DNA of 64,000 nt, taken from positions 7,502,001 to 7,566,000 of the forward strand of contig CM068756.1 in NCBI GenBank assembly GCA_035084275.1, in the 5' to 3' direction. Position numbers and translations under genes: made by a program. Below are positions 12,561 to 24,147 of the stretch, one piece after another. How positions within the stretch are numbered: the first letter of the stretch is position 1; every line of letters starts with the position of its first letter. Origin of the DNA: Hydrolagus colliei (lineage: Eukaryota). The notes under the pieces are model-generated. The model ran no database searches and was not told where the DNA came from. It saw only the letters and a list, made by a program, of their open reading frames with translations.

Positions 12561-13844
12561 TGTTGAATTTTCATGTCCCCTAATGGTTATGTTGCTATTC
12601 AATGAATGCATTAATTCATGGTGCAGTCATACTGTTGCTGCTGCCACTGGTATGACTCAGGGATAACAATTTCTGAAGTTTACTTTTTGATACAGATGTT
12701 ATGCACCAAATCTTCAAACTCACAGGCTCAGCTTCCCTTAAGTATCAGAAACTTAAACAGTGGACATTCACACAAAGCAAGTATTTCTGCCGGTGAATGT
12801 ACAGAGCTAAATGAGGACCAGTTGGGAGGAAGAGAACAACATGGATACTTCTCATGGCATGCATGTGGACACCAACCAAAGTATCCCCAGGCTATAAACA
12901 AATGTACAAACTCTAAGAGGAAGCCAAGACTGGATTTGAAAGCAGCGAGAAAGGCAAAGGCACTTTTGTGCTCCCTCGTACAGTAATGTACAAGTTTAAT
13001 ATGAACTCACCTCGCTCTGTTCCCAAGCTGCAATTAACATGGTTGTTAATTGAGACATTCACACTTGGTGATGTAAAACCCTATCCTTTAACCAGACTGT
13101 CAGCCACCCTCCCTCCCTCCTAACCCCATGCCTCCCAGCCTGCTCGAGCTCACACTCCAACTCAGTGAAGCATTTGAGATATTTTCCGAAGTGAAAGGTG
13201 AGATACAAATACAAGTCGTTGATGTAGAGGCCATTTGGTACAAACCTACCCTGTATATAGGTAAGCTACCATTCTCGGCTGTTAATTTAAAAAAAAAAAC
13301 ACATTAGATGCCTTCTCTTTTGCTGGACTCCCATGCTGATGTGTAACGGGGATCAGCGCTCTCTGATTTCTAAAATAATTACAATGGACATGATGGAGCT
13401 TGGCTGGGGCTGATGCGTAGCAAAACATTGCGTTACCGCCGATTACAGCGTCACCCTGGCCCATTTCTTGGTTTGGCCCATTTGCGCTAAGAGAGGCAGG
13501 GGAATGACAATGATCTGGAGACAAAAGCAATTCTGTACTTGCCCAGTAGCAATTCACATTACCGATCTGGAAATAGTATTTTGCCCTGACAAACGGGGGG
13601 AAAGTGGACTTCAAAATGTCAAACCGATGGGGGAAAAAAAAGATTTGAGGGAAAATTATGATCCGAGCTTTTAAAATCGTTTATGGCACTGATAACGTAA
13701 ATGTTCAGAGGCTACAGCAAAACAAACCTAGAGGAAAAGAACAAATGCCTGAATTCTGAAGAAATCATAAATTAAGCTTAACTTAAAGGATATTTTCTAT
13801 GTCAACCAGAGGAAATCAATATATCAATGCATAGCATTGTTGGG

Positions 13845-14143
13845 TTTGTCAGTTGAGACATTAAACCCAAATCCCAAATGCCTGTTGGCGTCGACTGTTA
13901 AAGATCGCAATGGTACTATTCAAAAAGAGAAGGGAGTTTCTTCTGGTGTCCTAGCCAACAATCCCCCAAATAAAATTGGTTATTCACTTGATAGCTGTAT
14001 ATGGGACATTGCTGCGTGCAAATCAACTGCTGTGTTTACATTTCAAATCTACAGTGAATACATTTTAAAGTGTATCCTGTGAAGCACTTTGAGAGGTGCT
14101 CCTGATGTGAGGCTTTATATCAAATGCAAGGATTATGATTATT
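13845..14143 (+). mobile_element. Deu-domain SINE (head missing) with the common 3' body and tail
   Basis: TTGAGACATTAAACC...AAAGATCGCAATGGTACTATTCAAAAAGAGAAGGGAGTTTCTTCTGGTGTCCTAGCCAA resembles the DeuSINE central domain (recalled consensus). Ends in GTGAAGCACTTTGAGA...ATCAAATGCAAGGATTA. Confidence 0.7.
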
Positions 14144-15782
14144 AGAAATATTCCAGGCCTAGATTATAATGAAATAACCAGAGTTTCTGCTCCTGATTGC
14201 TATGAAGTGAAGGGAGCTGGAAATTGCACATCTAGAGTTTGGGTGAGAGTAAGACTTTGCTTGTTTGGTAGTGATGCTTTGCCAAATGGAAAACTGGTTT
14301 TGCATTCCTCAATTCAGATTGAATTTTATCACGTGTGGTTCTGTTACCCAAGATTTCAGCTGCTTTTTGTCTATTTGCTTTCCCAGAGTGAACCTCACAA
14401 TTTTTGCTTCCATTCCCACCATTTCCCTCTCATACTCTTTGGGGGGGCTTTACTTGCTCATGTGCACAGCAATTTAATTTGTACTTTTTTAATCTATCAT
14501 CTGCTACTTTAATACCTGCGCTCATATATCCCCAGATTCCCTTTCCTTATTTCGAGTCCCAATCTCTGCATTTACTTAATCTCCGTGTATAGAGAAATCC
14601 AATCCGCCAGGGGTTTGTCATGTGACTTTAGTTTTTCATACATTTCTTTGTGCAACAGTTTGAGCTCCTCCCACCACTTACATTCTGCACAGACAGAAAG
14701 CCTCTGTCTGGCCTTCTCTTATTTCATCCTTTGCTTTCCAGAACTGAATCGGCGCAGTTTGCATTGCTTGCTTGCCCATGGAACTCCATGTTTTCATACA
14801 AAAAAGTTCTATTAAATTCCTTGTGTCAACATCAATTTAGAGTTACTGCAAATTGTTCAACTCCCATACACTTTCACTAAAAGAAGGGATTTTAAAAGGA
14901 CACTGACTGACTGTTCTATGCCTCTCCTTTGTTAGATTGAGGTTTCTTTTTGAATGGTAATCAATTCAGCTGGTAAAATGATTTGGATTAGAATGATTTT
15001 GTTCCAGGTCTGAATCTTTTTAAGTTTAAAAAAAACATAGCAAAGTGTAAAATAGTTTGATCACAGATTAGTTTTTGTAAATTACTCCTGTTGATTACAA
15101 CACATCTATACAATTAATATCAATGATACTCCTTGCATTTGATACAGCGCTTTATCATGTCTTCGAAAGTCTCAAAGTGAATTGACTGTATATTTTGTAT
15201 ACCATCCTCCCATGAAACAATTTTTACATTGCCAAGTTTCCTCCTCTTCCCCCCCATTAATTCAGTTTCCTTCACTGTACAAACATCTTTAAAACCTCCT
15301 GTCTTTGTTATCCAAGTCACTGACTGCATTTTGACCTCACTCTTGGCAGAAAAGAAACATTTTGTAATGAAACCACTTCAGTCAGTATTTTACTTGGTTC
15401 TGAGTTTAGCTGAAGATAACTCTGGACCCGAAACTTTGACTCACTTTCCTTTCTCCACAGTTGCTGCCTGACTTACTGAGTCTTCCAGTGATTTCTGTTT
15501 TTGTGATAGAAAGTTGTTTAAGCACTCTGAGACGCTGGAGGGCGCTATATAAATCAAAGTTGTTGTTGTTGTTGTATGAGGAATGATTAGTGACTCCCAT
15601 TTGCCCGGAAAGAAAACGCACTGTTAGAGCTTTTACCGATCGCTCTGTGTGAACACTCGTTCTGTCACATCTAATCCAGCCCAAGTTCACATTGCTTCCT
15701 GTATTGTCTGCCCATCATCCTGATTGAAATGATTCTCGCACAATATTTGTCTGAAATGTCACCCGACATGCTTAATACTCAC

Positions 15783-15902
15783 CAATGGCGATTACTAATT
15801 TGAATACTTGATCCGTGGAAAAATGCAGCATCAGGAAAAATGTGTTGAGTATCACTAGACATATACACAGGATGACACAGATCCATTCCTGCAACCGTTT
15901 AC
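15783..15902 (-). CDS. PEDS1: Plasmanylethanolamine desaturase 1 (TMEM189/KUA), coding exon 2
   Basis: Pyrimidine-rich acceptor ...TTTATGCCCAG|GT AAA CGG TTG CAG GAA TGG. The 120-nt, phase 1-1 exon reads (G)KRLQEWICVILCICLVILNTFFLMLHFSTDQVFKLVIAI, with donor ATT G|GTGAGT. It continues exon 1 in frame (LYSPG-KRLQEW, as in PEDS1). It is absent from the ORF track. Confidence 0.93.
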
Positions 15903-16294
15903 CTGGGCATAAAGGGAGAAAAATTATTCTACTTTGAGGCACTGTAACATACAGTTTTACATTACACTTGCATTCACTTCAATCTGATGATAAGCTGGGC
16001 ATTTTACTGTGAACTGAATAAAAAATAGCAAACTACTGTATTTAGAAACAACGCAATATTGTTTATAAACTGGAACTCTTGAGAGATTACTTTAAAGAAA
16101 CATAGAAATACAAAAGAAACATTCAATTCTTTGCTGACAAAGTCAGTAACTGGATCCCTTGTACATTTCAAGCAATGATGAGAAACATTTTCTTGCAAAA
16201 AAGATATAAAACCTGTCACTAGTGTCAGGGGTGTGGATCAATACACAAGCTTAATATACATTTCCATTGCAGGTTTGTTTCAACCTAGCTGTTC

Positions 16295-16497
16295 ATAATA
16301 ATCCCTCAAAAAACAATAATAAATTGGTCATTTCAATCCATGACTGTTTGTGGGGACGCTGCTGTGCGCGATTGGCTGCCGTGTTTCGCCCACAAATATA
16401 CAATCAATTCACTTTACAATATATTCTGTGAAGCGCTTTGAGACGTCTAGAAGCAGTGAAAAGCGCTATATCAAATGCAAGGATTATTATTATTATT
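16295..16497 (+). mobile_element. SINE 3' body and tail, well preserved
   Basis: AATTGGTCATTTCAATCCATGACTGTTTGTGGGGAC...TTGGCTGCCGTGTTTCGCCCACAAA...GTGAAGCGCTTTGAGACGTCTAGAAG...GCGCTATATCAAATGCAAGGA(TTA)n. Confidence 0.85.
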
Positions 16498-18432
16498 CAC
16501 TTCAGCAAACAGTGTAAAGTGTGGAAATTATATCATGTGTCCATTTGAATTTGGAGAACCACCCAGGGCAGTCCTCCTTGTTCAGTCAGAGAGTATTTTG
16601 AGCAATCCTAAAAATAGGGTGAGACACACAAATGGTGGCGAGAGTGGGAGTAAAGTGATGAATCAAAGAGTCACAGCAAAGCACAGTGAACTAAGCTAAA
16701 TAAACCTATTGATTAAAACAAAAACTACATTGAGATCACTGCGTAGTTTTGTAGCAGAATTACTTGGACCACTATAAACGTAACAGAGCAATTTTCTACT
16801 TTTAGTGAGTTACAAGGAGTTGCATGTCCCTTTACTTCCCTTAGCATCCACTGTTGCCTCACTGAGGAAGGGGATGCTATGATCCACAACCAATAGAGCC
16901 CTCAAATCAGCCACAAAGAGGCACAAAAACAGTGACCTGGGATGGGATTACTCCCTCACTAATCTATCTTCTTGTGCCCACTACCATAGCTGATGCGACA
17001 ATCAACAAGTGAGTTCCAAAGGTGGAGATATGTTAACCTGAAGATTTAAAATTTAAGTCCTTTGAGAATTGGGGAAAATTCTTAAATTTAGTATTAATTT
17101 AGAATTCAGAAAAGAATGGCACAAAACTATCCTCCAAATTCAGACTGAAATGCAGTGGGAATTTCCCAAGGTTTTTAAGACAATAATAATCTTTAAATTT
17201 GACATTGTGCAATTCACATCTTGCATTTCATAGGATTTTTATTCTAAAGTGCAATAGTCTTGGGGTAAAAAAAACAAGCGACTCAGAAATCACGAGGCAT
17301 ACATGCACAGTTTAAAAACAAGTTTAAAAGGGATCTGGCAAAGTCAGACACAAATTGGACTGAGTCCAGACTGATTGGATCAGGAATCTTCCAAGATCAG
17401 ATTTGCAGGGGGTGGATTTCATGATATGTGCTGTTCTATAGCCAATAACTGGTCCTGGCCAACACAACCTGTTAAACTGAGAAGTGGCTTTCTGCTGTGC
17501 ACTTCCAGTACTCTCTGTTCTTAATATTGCTGAACTTTTTGAATATTGAACTGGGCTCTCACACTAGTTTTTCACTGCAGCAAACAAACAGACTTCTGTC
17601 TTTCAGTTTAAAGGAAAAGCATCAAGACAAACCATCAAGAGGAACCATCGGCAGGTTCCATAAACACAAAATATATATTCTGTCGCCGCAGTAGATCTAA
17701 GGTCACCACGATTTATCAACTGTTTAAAAGACAATTAGAAGAATAAAATGTTCCGAAATCCTCCAAGTGCACTTGAGCAAAGATCAACGCCTGGGAACCA
17801 ATGTCTGAGAAAGCGATTGCAAAAACAAGGGGCTGCCAACATTTTTTACACAAACATTGGCGATGATAAATTTTACATTTGAAGTTTACCATTACCAATT
17901 TAACTGTTTAGCAGCTTTTAATTCATGATTAACTGTCATTGTGCAGCAATGATGTGGGTTAATTCCCTGATTAGAATGGAAACATCAGGTGCTATCACCT
18001 TCATTAGCAACAAAACCAAATTGATAATCAAGCTTAAAATGCCAGGAGCAAAGTCACCCGATGTTTAGCACAATACAGTATCTAGAGAACAGGTTTTAAG
18101 CCAGGGTTTGAGCCGCTATGCCAAGAGCCTCCGGAGCACTGTTTCTCTCCCTTCCGCCTTGCCCTCTTCTTCCACATTTTCAGATCGCATCTGAAGTTCT
18201 TCCTCTTTGATCGTGTGTATGGTCACCTCCTCTTCCCCCGACTCAGCGTCGTGCTCCACCACTATCAAGCACTCTGGGATGCTACCCCGTTTGAGGGGCA
18301 CTATATAAATTCAAGTTGTTGATGTTGTTGTTAAGCACTAGACAGTTAGATAAAGAGTTGTCCATGTTTCTGAACATATGATGTGCGCGCAATTCCACCC
18401 AGTATTTTCAGTATTTCCAAAGGTGGCACTGT

Positions 18433-18605
18433 AACAACAACAACAACAACTTGGATTTATATAGCGCCCTCCACGCCGGACAGCGTCTCAGTGCACATCA
18501 CAACAACGGATTCCGGGGGCGAGCCAGGGGCGGGGGTAGAAAGGTGACCAAAGGCACGGTCAAAGAGTAAGGCCTTTAGCTGGGATCTGAAGCTGGGAAG
18601 AGAGC
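18433..18605 (-). mobile_element. L2 LINE 3' tail fragment, facing an oppositely oriented L2 tail at ~18260-18332
   Basis: (CAA)n, TTGGATTTATATAGCGCCCTCC. The ORF track shows an L2-like C-terminus (LKALLFDRAF). Confidence 0.75.
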
Positions 18606-19336
18606 TGTACAAAGCACAACACTTAAGTGGCGTCTCCTCCAATTGAGTGTCTGTTTTTTTTTGCGCAACAAGCAACACATACTAAATCCCAGCACAAGAT
18701 GAAAGGACAGCACCTGGGGCAGGATACTCCAGCAATCTGAGAATCTTAACAGGTAGCGTGTGAAATACGGAGTCATATCTAATTATCACTGTACAGCATC
18801 TGTTATTTCTTTATATAGTAATCAAACTTTTAACGCTCCAAAAGTACTACACTAATTTTTTTCAGACAACTGAAGGAGGGTGTCACGAGTTCCCTCTGAA
18901 GATCAGGTCGTGAGATAATAATCTACGGGTGTGACAGCCAAAGCCGAAGTTCACTGGTTCAAATCCCTGGGCTGCCTGACACTCAGATTTGTTTACCTCA
19001 GTTGGCTGATTTTCTTCATCTCTCAGCAGGGGCTCCAAGTGTCTGATAAAACACTGGGGTCTTTGAGCAAACTATCCTGTATCTACCAGAGACCATTGTT
19101 ACAAAGTCTGACAAACACCATTACAGCCATTAATCGGTAACATGCACACCACGCACAAGCAGGTTCCCACTAGAAGGTGATATCACACTTGAGGGATGTT
19201 GGATAATGTCAGAAACTGCAAGAGTGATTCACACATTAACCTAAATCCTGTTCCCTCGTGTTCATTACCACTGCTGTCTGGTGCAAGCTTCCCCATCTAG
19301 TTCAGCATCACCCAACAGGATGAGGGAGATATTTTA

Positions 19337-19880
19337 CAGGTAGAACCTGCTTAACATCGTACTTTCGTTCTTGCACAGGGCGATTTTACTTTTTCCCACA
19401 AGAATGAATATAAAAATTGGAGTTAGGTTTTTTTGGACATTTTTCGTCAGAATTTTCTAAAAAAACCATTATACTCTCTCCCTGCCTGCCAGCCTGGCTC
19501 ACTCACTCACCCACCCACTCACTCACTCTCTGCCTGCCAGCCTGGCTCACTCACTCACTCACTCACTCACTCACTCCCTGTCTGCCAGCCCGGCTCACTC
19601 ACTCACTCACTCGCTCGCTCCCTGCCTGCCAGCCTGGCTCACTCACTCACTCCCTGTCTGCCAGCCCGGCTCACTCACCCATTGCAGGTCTCACTCACTC
19701 GCTGCGGGTCTCACTCACTGCCGGCCTGGCTCACTCCCAGGTCCTAGCGCCTTTTCCACCCGCTAGCGAACGATGTAATAGCAAACGTCGCAATGTTAAA
19801 TTCATATATGTTCCCAATGTATCAGCAACGTAATAACGAAAAAAGCGTTAACCGAGGTGACGTTAAGTAGGGTCTACCTG
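19337..19880. mobile_element. Tc1/mariner-pogo (Tigger-like) non-autonomous element with an internal minisatellite
   Basis: TA|CAGGTAGAACCTGCTTAACATC ... GACGTTAAGTAGGGTCTACCTG|TA: 22-bp TIRs matching at 19/22 positions, flanked by TA. Confidence 0.85.
19475..19740. repeat. Compound minisatellite: CCTGCCTGCCAGCCTGG units alternating with (CTCA)n runs
   Basis: At least five units are visible directly. They explain the low-complexity ORFs 19417-19833 and 19433-19747. Confidence 0.9.
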
Positions 19881-21746
19881 TATACAACAGTTTGCAAGTA
19901 CAGTAACATTTGAAGTGTTTTAATACAAAACCAGCAAGACAAAATAACATTAGAAAATGAATTGGTGGTAAGTTGCTCATGTACACAGTGCTTCAGACTG
20001 AGCAGCAAAGTATGGACAAAGTTTTCCGTTCAAAATCACTCTACTGCTGATTGTGATGTTAAATTGATGGAGCAGGAGAGAAGCAACATAATCTCTATCT
20101 GAGCACTAATAGAGGTTGCAATTATTCTACTGGGAATTGTCATTAACTGCTATTCAACCATTACAACTACTTAAGTTCTGGACTAGTAACAGTCATGTTT
20201 GCCTCAGAAAGTTTGATGCTCACACTAACCATGATTAACTATGTGCAATATATTCACAGCTCATTGGTCCCAATCAACCTTTGTCTGGAATGCCAACTGT
20301 TAGTGATATGGATCACAAAGCATCCTTTTTTCGCAAATGATGTTCTTCTTTACATAACACAGTGGCTGATTTGCTTACCCAGCATAGTCCAGGTACATTT
20401 GACTATGACTCCAGTTACAGAAGGAAGGTGATGGGCAGTCAGCTGCTTTTTAAAACCAATAGAAAGTAGACATGAGCATCTAGAGTCTACCAGCATGACT
20501 TGTCTCAGTTTGGTGATGAAAACTGACATTTTAGACCGAGCACAATGTAATGCCTAAAGTAAAAGGATGGACGATTTTCATACAGTGACTAGAGTGAAGC
20601 AAAATCACCTACAAAATATAGTCAATTTGCTTTAGGGTACATTGTGTAAAGCGCTTTGAGACATCTTGAAGATGTATTAAAGAGCTACATCAAATGCAAG
20701 AATTATTATTATTATTATTATATATTATTCTAAAAACAATGTCAGAATGATGCTTGGAGGCAACTTTGCTTACCGCAACACTTCCAAGCCAAGGACAGCT
20801 ACCTACATTTCTGGCACCAGTACGATGGAAATTTCTGCACAGCATCAAAAGTGCAGTGTAATGGCAATGGCTAAACTAAACAGTTAACAGATTAATACTG
20901 GAACTATCGCACTCGCTGATCACATTTTCCTTCCACTATCTGCTGACTGCAGCTGCCACCCCACCGGGTGAATCACTAAGCTTTTTCCAAGTGTTTCCCA
21001 AATAAGGAAATGTACAAACTTCCTAAGTCACTTCTATTTAAATAAACAAATTAAAATGAACGCCGTTTGGTTTATTGTGGAAGAGAGAAGGAAAAAAGGA
21101 CCAGATTATTAATTGGGTTGTCAGATGGGCACTACAATCAGAGAACTAACTGTTACTTCTGATTGAAAGACACAAAGTGAATGATTAATGCTTCCCCATG
21201 GACTACTAGGGAAAACACCGCCCTGTGCAGCACTCAGTCACACACACACACACCAAACAGCAACAGTTTTGAAGCCTCGTTTGTGCTGAGTTTTCTTATC
21301 GCAGCCATTGTTACAATCTACTCAGTGTTCTAGACAAGGGCCAGGAAGAACAACCTGAATTATGTTCCTGACCAAAGACTCCGGCTGGAAAGTGTGTGAA
21401 TGGGGACAGGATCAAGCTGCCTGCGTATCTGATGCATTTGGGTTCATCTCCTGACAGTTTGTTTGGGTTCCTTCCTACTCTCTACACTGCTTCTTCCATA
21501 TAGCTTTCTGGAACATAAAAACCTTATTTTTCAGGTTTCTGTAACATCCTGTTCCAATTGTTCACTTTCAACAAATAGGCCTGTATGGTTTGTTTTATCC
21601 ACATGAATTCACATGAAAAACACACCAGGTTTGTTATTTTTTTATTCGTATATCGTGGCTCCCCACCATCCCCATTCCTCCTGTGTCTGCTGTAATTGTG
21701 CTCTCTGGACAAGAGCAGGCTACAACATCAATAACAAAATTACATT

Positions 21747-21990
21747 CTGTAGCTCGGTGGTTAGAGCACTCGCCTTGCAAGTGAGAGACCTGGGTTCAAT
21801 TCCAGACAGGTCAGGGCGAAATCTTGGGCAAGGTTCCTTACTCCACATGCCTAATAATAATCCCACAAAAAATAATAACTTGAGTCATTTCAATCCATGA
21901 CTGTTTGTGGGACACCACTGTGCCCAATTGGCTGTCACGTTTCACCCACAAATATAGTCAATTCACCTTACAGTATATTTCTGTGAAGCA
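21747..21990 (+). mobile_element. tRNA-derived SINE (short variant) nested in an L2 fragment
   Basis: A box TAGCTCGGTGG, B box GGTTCAATTCC, then TTGGGCAAGGTTCCTTAC and the common body. An L2-like tail lies to the left (21722-21746) and minus-strand L2 sequence to the right (21990-22180). Confidence 0.85.
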
Positions 21991-22257
21991 GGATTGTGGG
22001 ATGGAGTTCCAAACTGTAGGGGCAGAGAGGCTGAAGGCCCAGCTGCCAATGGTAGTGGGGTGGGAGACATGGAGCAGACTGGAACCTGCTGAACAGAATG
22101 AGCGGACAGGTTGCTAGGTGGTCAGCATGTCAGAGAGGTAGGAGGGGGCAATGCTATGGTAGGCCTTGAAATAGAGGGCAAGGCTACGTTGTGATGTTCA
22201 GAAATAGGCACCAATCCAACAGGTGTGGTTCATACTGAGCCAGGCAGCAGGATCTCT

Positions 22258-22580
22258 TCAGTCAGAAGGTTTGGGGGCTCCCAACCCCACACTGGGACTG
22301 AGCTCATAGACTCGGCTGACACTCCAGTGCTGCACTAGGGGAATACTGGATGATCAGGGATGAGAAGTTGAAATCATGACTAAGTCTGTTGAACTTAAGA
22401 AAGTTCCATGACATTATTTGAAAAGGGAAAGGGACGTTATCCCGTGTCCAGGCCAATGACCTCCCAGATTAATCAGTCATTCCCTCATGGCCTTTTGTGG
22501 GCCTGGGCTGTACGCAAAGTGGCTGCCAACAGGTACCGAGCTCTTGATTTGTGGTTAAAGCACTATATGTGAAATGCACG
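22258..22580 (+). mobile_element. Degenerate Deu-domain SINE
   Basis: GTCAGAAGGTT...GGCTGACACTCCAGTGC...CCATGACATTATTTGAAAAGGG...GTGTCCAGGCCAA...TGGCTGCC...CACTATATGTGAAATGCA. Confidence 0.6.
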
Positions 22581-22944
22581 TTCCGTCTCTCTTTCACAGA
22601 CGCCACTTGGGCAAGGAGTTCAAGGGTAAATTGCTCTCATCAGACCTAAACTCTATCCTGTCTCAACCTGCCTATAAAACAGGGTGCAAGCAATTAGATC
22701 TTCGTCTCCTGCCCGAACAAAACACATGGCGATGTGGGCTCTTGAATTTTTCTTAATCAATGCCTTGCATTTACTTGTAGTTTTATGTGATGAGTCAGGA
22801 AGGCAGGGCAGTAGGGGGAGAGAGAGAACTCTTGCTCGGGCTGCTAACTTTGTCTCCCTTGAAGAGATCAAAATTGGTGCCAATCCTAACACGGTAGGCC
22901 ACTGTAACTTGGACCCTTTTTCATAATGATAGTAATCATGACAA

Positions 22945-23432
22945 TCATATTCCTTGTGTTTGAGATAGCGCTTCTTGACGTCTCAGAGCGCTTCACAGAA
23001 TATACTGTAAAGTGAATTGACTGTGGACATTTTGTGGGTGAAACCATATTGTGATTGGCACACATTTCTATCTCCTCTTTGGGGGGGAGGGGGGTGATAG
23101 AATAATAATGATAATAATCCTTGCATTTGATGTCGCGCTTTTCGCATCTTCTAGACGTCCCAAAAGCGCTTCACGGGATAGACTGTAAAGTGAATTGACT
23201 GTGTATATTTTGTGGGCGAAACGCGGCGGCCAATTGCGCACAGTAGCGGTGTGTGTCGTCGTCGTCCCCCCGTGTCCCCCCCCCCCCCCCCCCAACACAA
23301 ACTGCCGTGAATTACAATGACCAATTTATCACCATTTCTATATTTTTTGTGAGTGTTTATTACCGGGGAGGGTGGGTGGGTGGGTGGGGGTTGCGGAGCG
23401 CAGGAAGGATACTTGCCCAAGGTTTTGCCCTG
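22945..23432 (-). mobile_element. Two tandem SINE copies (tail 22945-23065; longer copy 23098-23432 interrupted by C/G runs)
   Basis: Repeated TCCTTGCATTTGA...GACGTC...AGCGCTTCAC...CTGTAAAGTGAATTGACTG; the second copy extends to CTTGCCCAAGGTTTTGCCCTG. Confidence 0.8.
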
Positions 23433-23579
23433 AATGAGAATACAAATTTATGCCCTGGTTTGGTGGGGGGGGGGTGGGGGTGGGGGGGGGGAGAGGAGGT
23501 GAGGAGGGAGTTTCCTTTCCATTGCACCAGCTACTCTCATCTGGGAGGGTCTCAGAATAGCTGTGATGGACCAACCCCC

Positions 23580-23612
<33 letters not shown>

Positions 23613-23745
23613 CACCATGTAAAGTGCTCTCCAATGGTACGTGTGCAGGGGTTGTGTCCTCAGTGTTAAACTCACTGGTTATAAGGCAGTCTCTGCCTCA
23701 TCTCTGTCTGTGTCTCTGACTGACTGACTGTCTTGAGCTCCTTAC

Positions 23746-23911
23746 CCGGCGAGTACAGGTCTGCCAGCTGCCTGGCCCCAGCGTGTTGAGGTCCCCAGCG
23801 AGGCACTGCACTGCTGCCAGCCCCCGCTCCGTGTTCATTGCCGTTCGGATCCTCCTCAGCCATGGACCGCTGTTTAATGTCCCCCTCCGACAGCCGGGAA
23901 ACAGCCGCCAT
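23746..23911 (-). CDS. PEDS1: Plasmanylethanolamine desaturase 1 (TMEM189/KUA), coding part of exon 1
   Basis: GAG ATG GCG (good Kozak context) begins [72 protein letters not shown] is the PEDS1 N-terminal signature. Donor CCG G|GTAAGG is phase 1, matching exon 2. A second in-frame ATG lies at 23863. Confidence 0.93.
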
Positions 23912-23915
23912 CTCT

Positions 23916-24056
23916 NNNNNNNNNNNNNNNNNNNNNNNNNNNNNNNNNNNNNNNNNNNNNNNNNNNNNNNNNNNNNNNNNNNNNNNNNNNNNNNNNNNNN
24001 NNNNNNNNNNNNNNNNNNNNNNNNNNNNNNNNNNNNNNNNNNNNNNNNNNNNNNNN
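23916..24056. other. Assembly gap (141 N) covering the likely PEDS1 5' UTR and TSS
   Basis: Run of N starting 4 nt upstream of the start codon. Confidence 0.99.
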
Positions 24057-24116
24057 ACAAACCAAACCCGAGCAACGCAACTCCTCCCTTCAGTAAAGAC
24101 ACTCAACTCAACAACC

Positions 24117-24147
<31 letters not shown>

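Noticed and set aside
1-15782. Search for PEDS1 exon 3 (expected ADF.SGLVHWGADTWGS motif) and UBE2V1 exons
   Set aside because: No matching minus-strand sequence was found by eye. A WGSV near 5825-5840 lacks the flanking motif. These exons probably lie outside the window, though a miss by eye is possible.
19417-19833. 138-aa and 104-aa ORFs with repetitive peptides
   Set aside because: They are translations of a stop-free minisatellite inside a MITE.
21747-21820. tRNA-like sequences with A and B boxes (also ~25525-25597, 26965-27020, 12218-12285, ~51160-51228)
   Set aside because: Each runs directly into a SINE body and tail and the copies diverge from one another, so they are SINE heads rather than tRNA genes.
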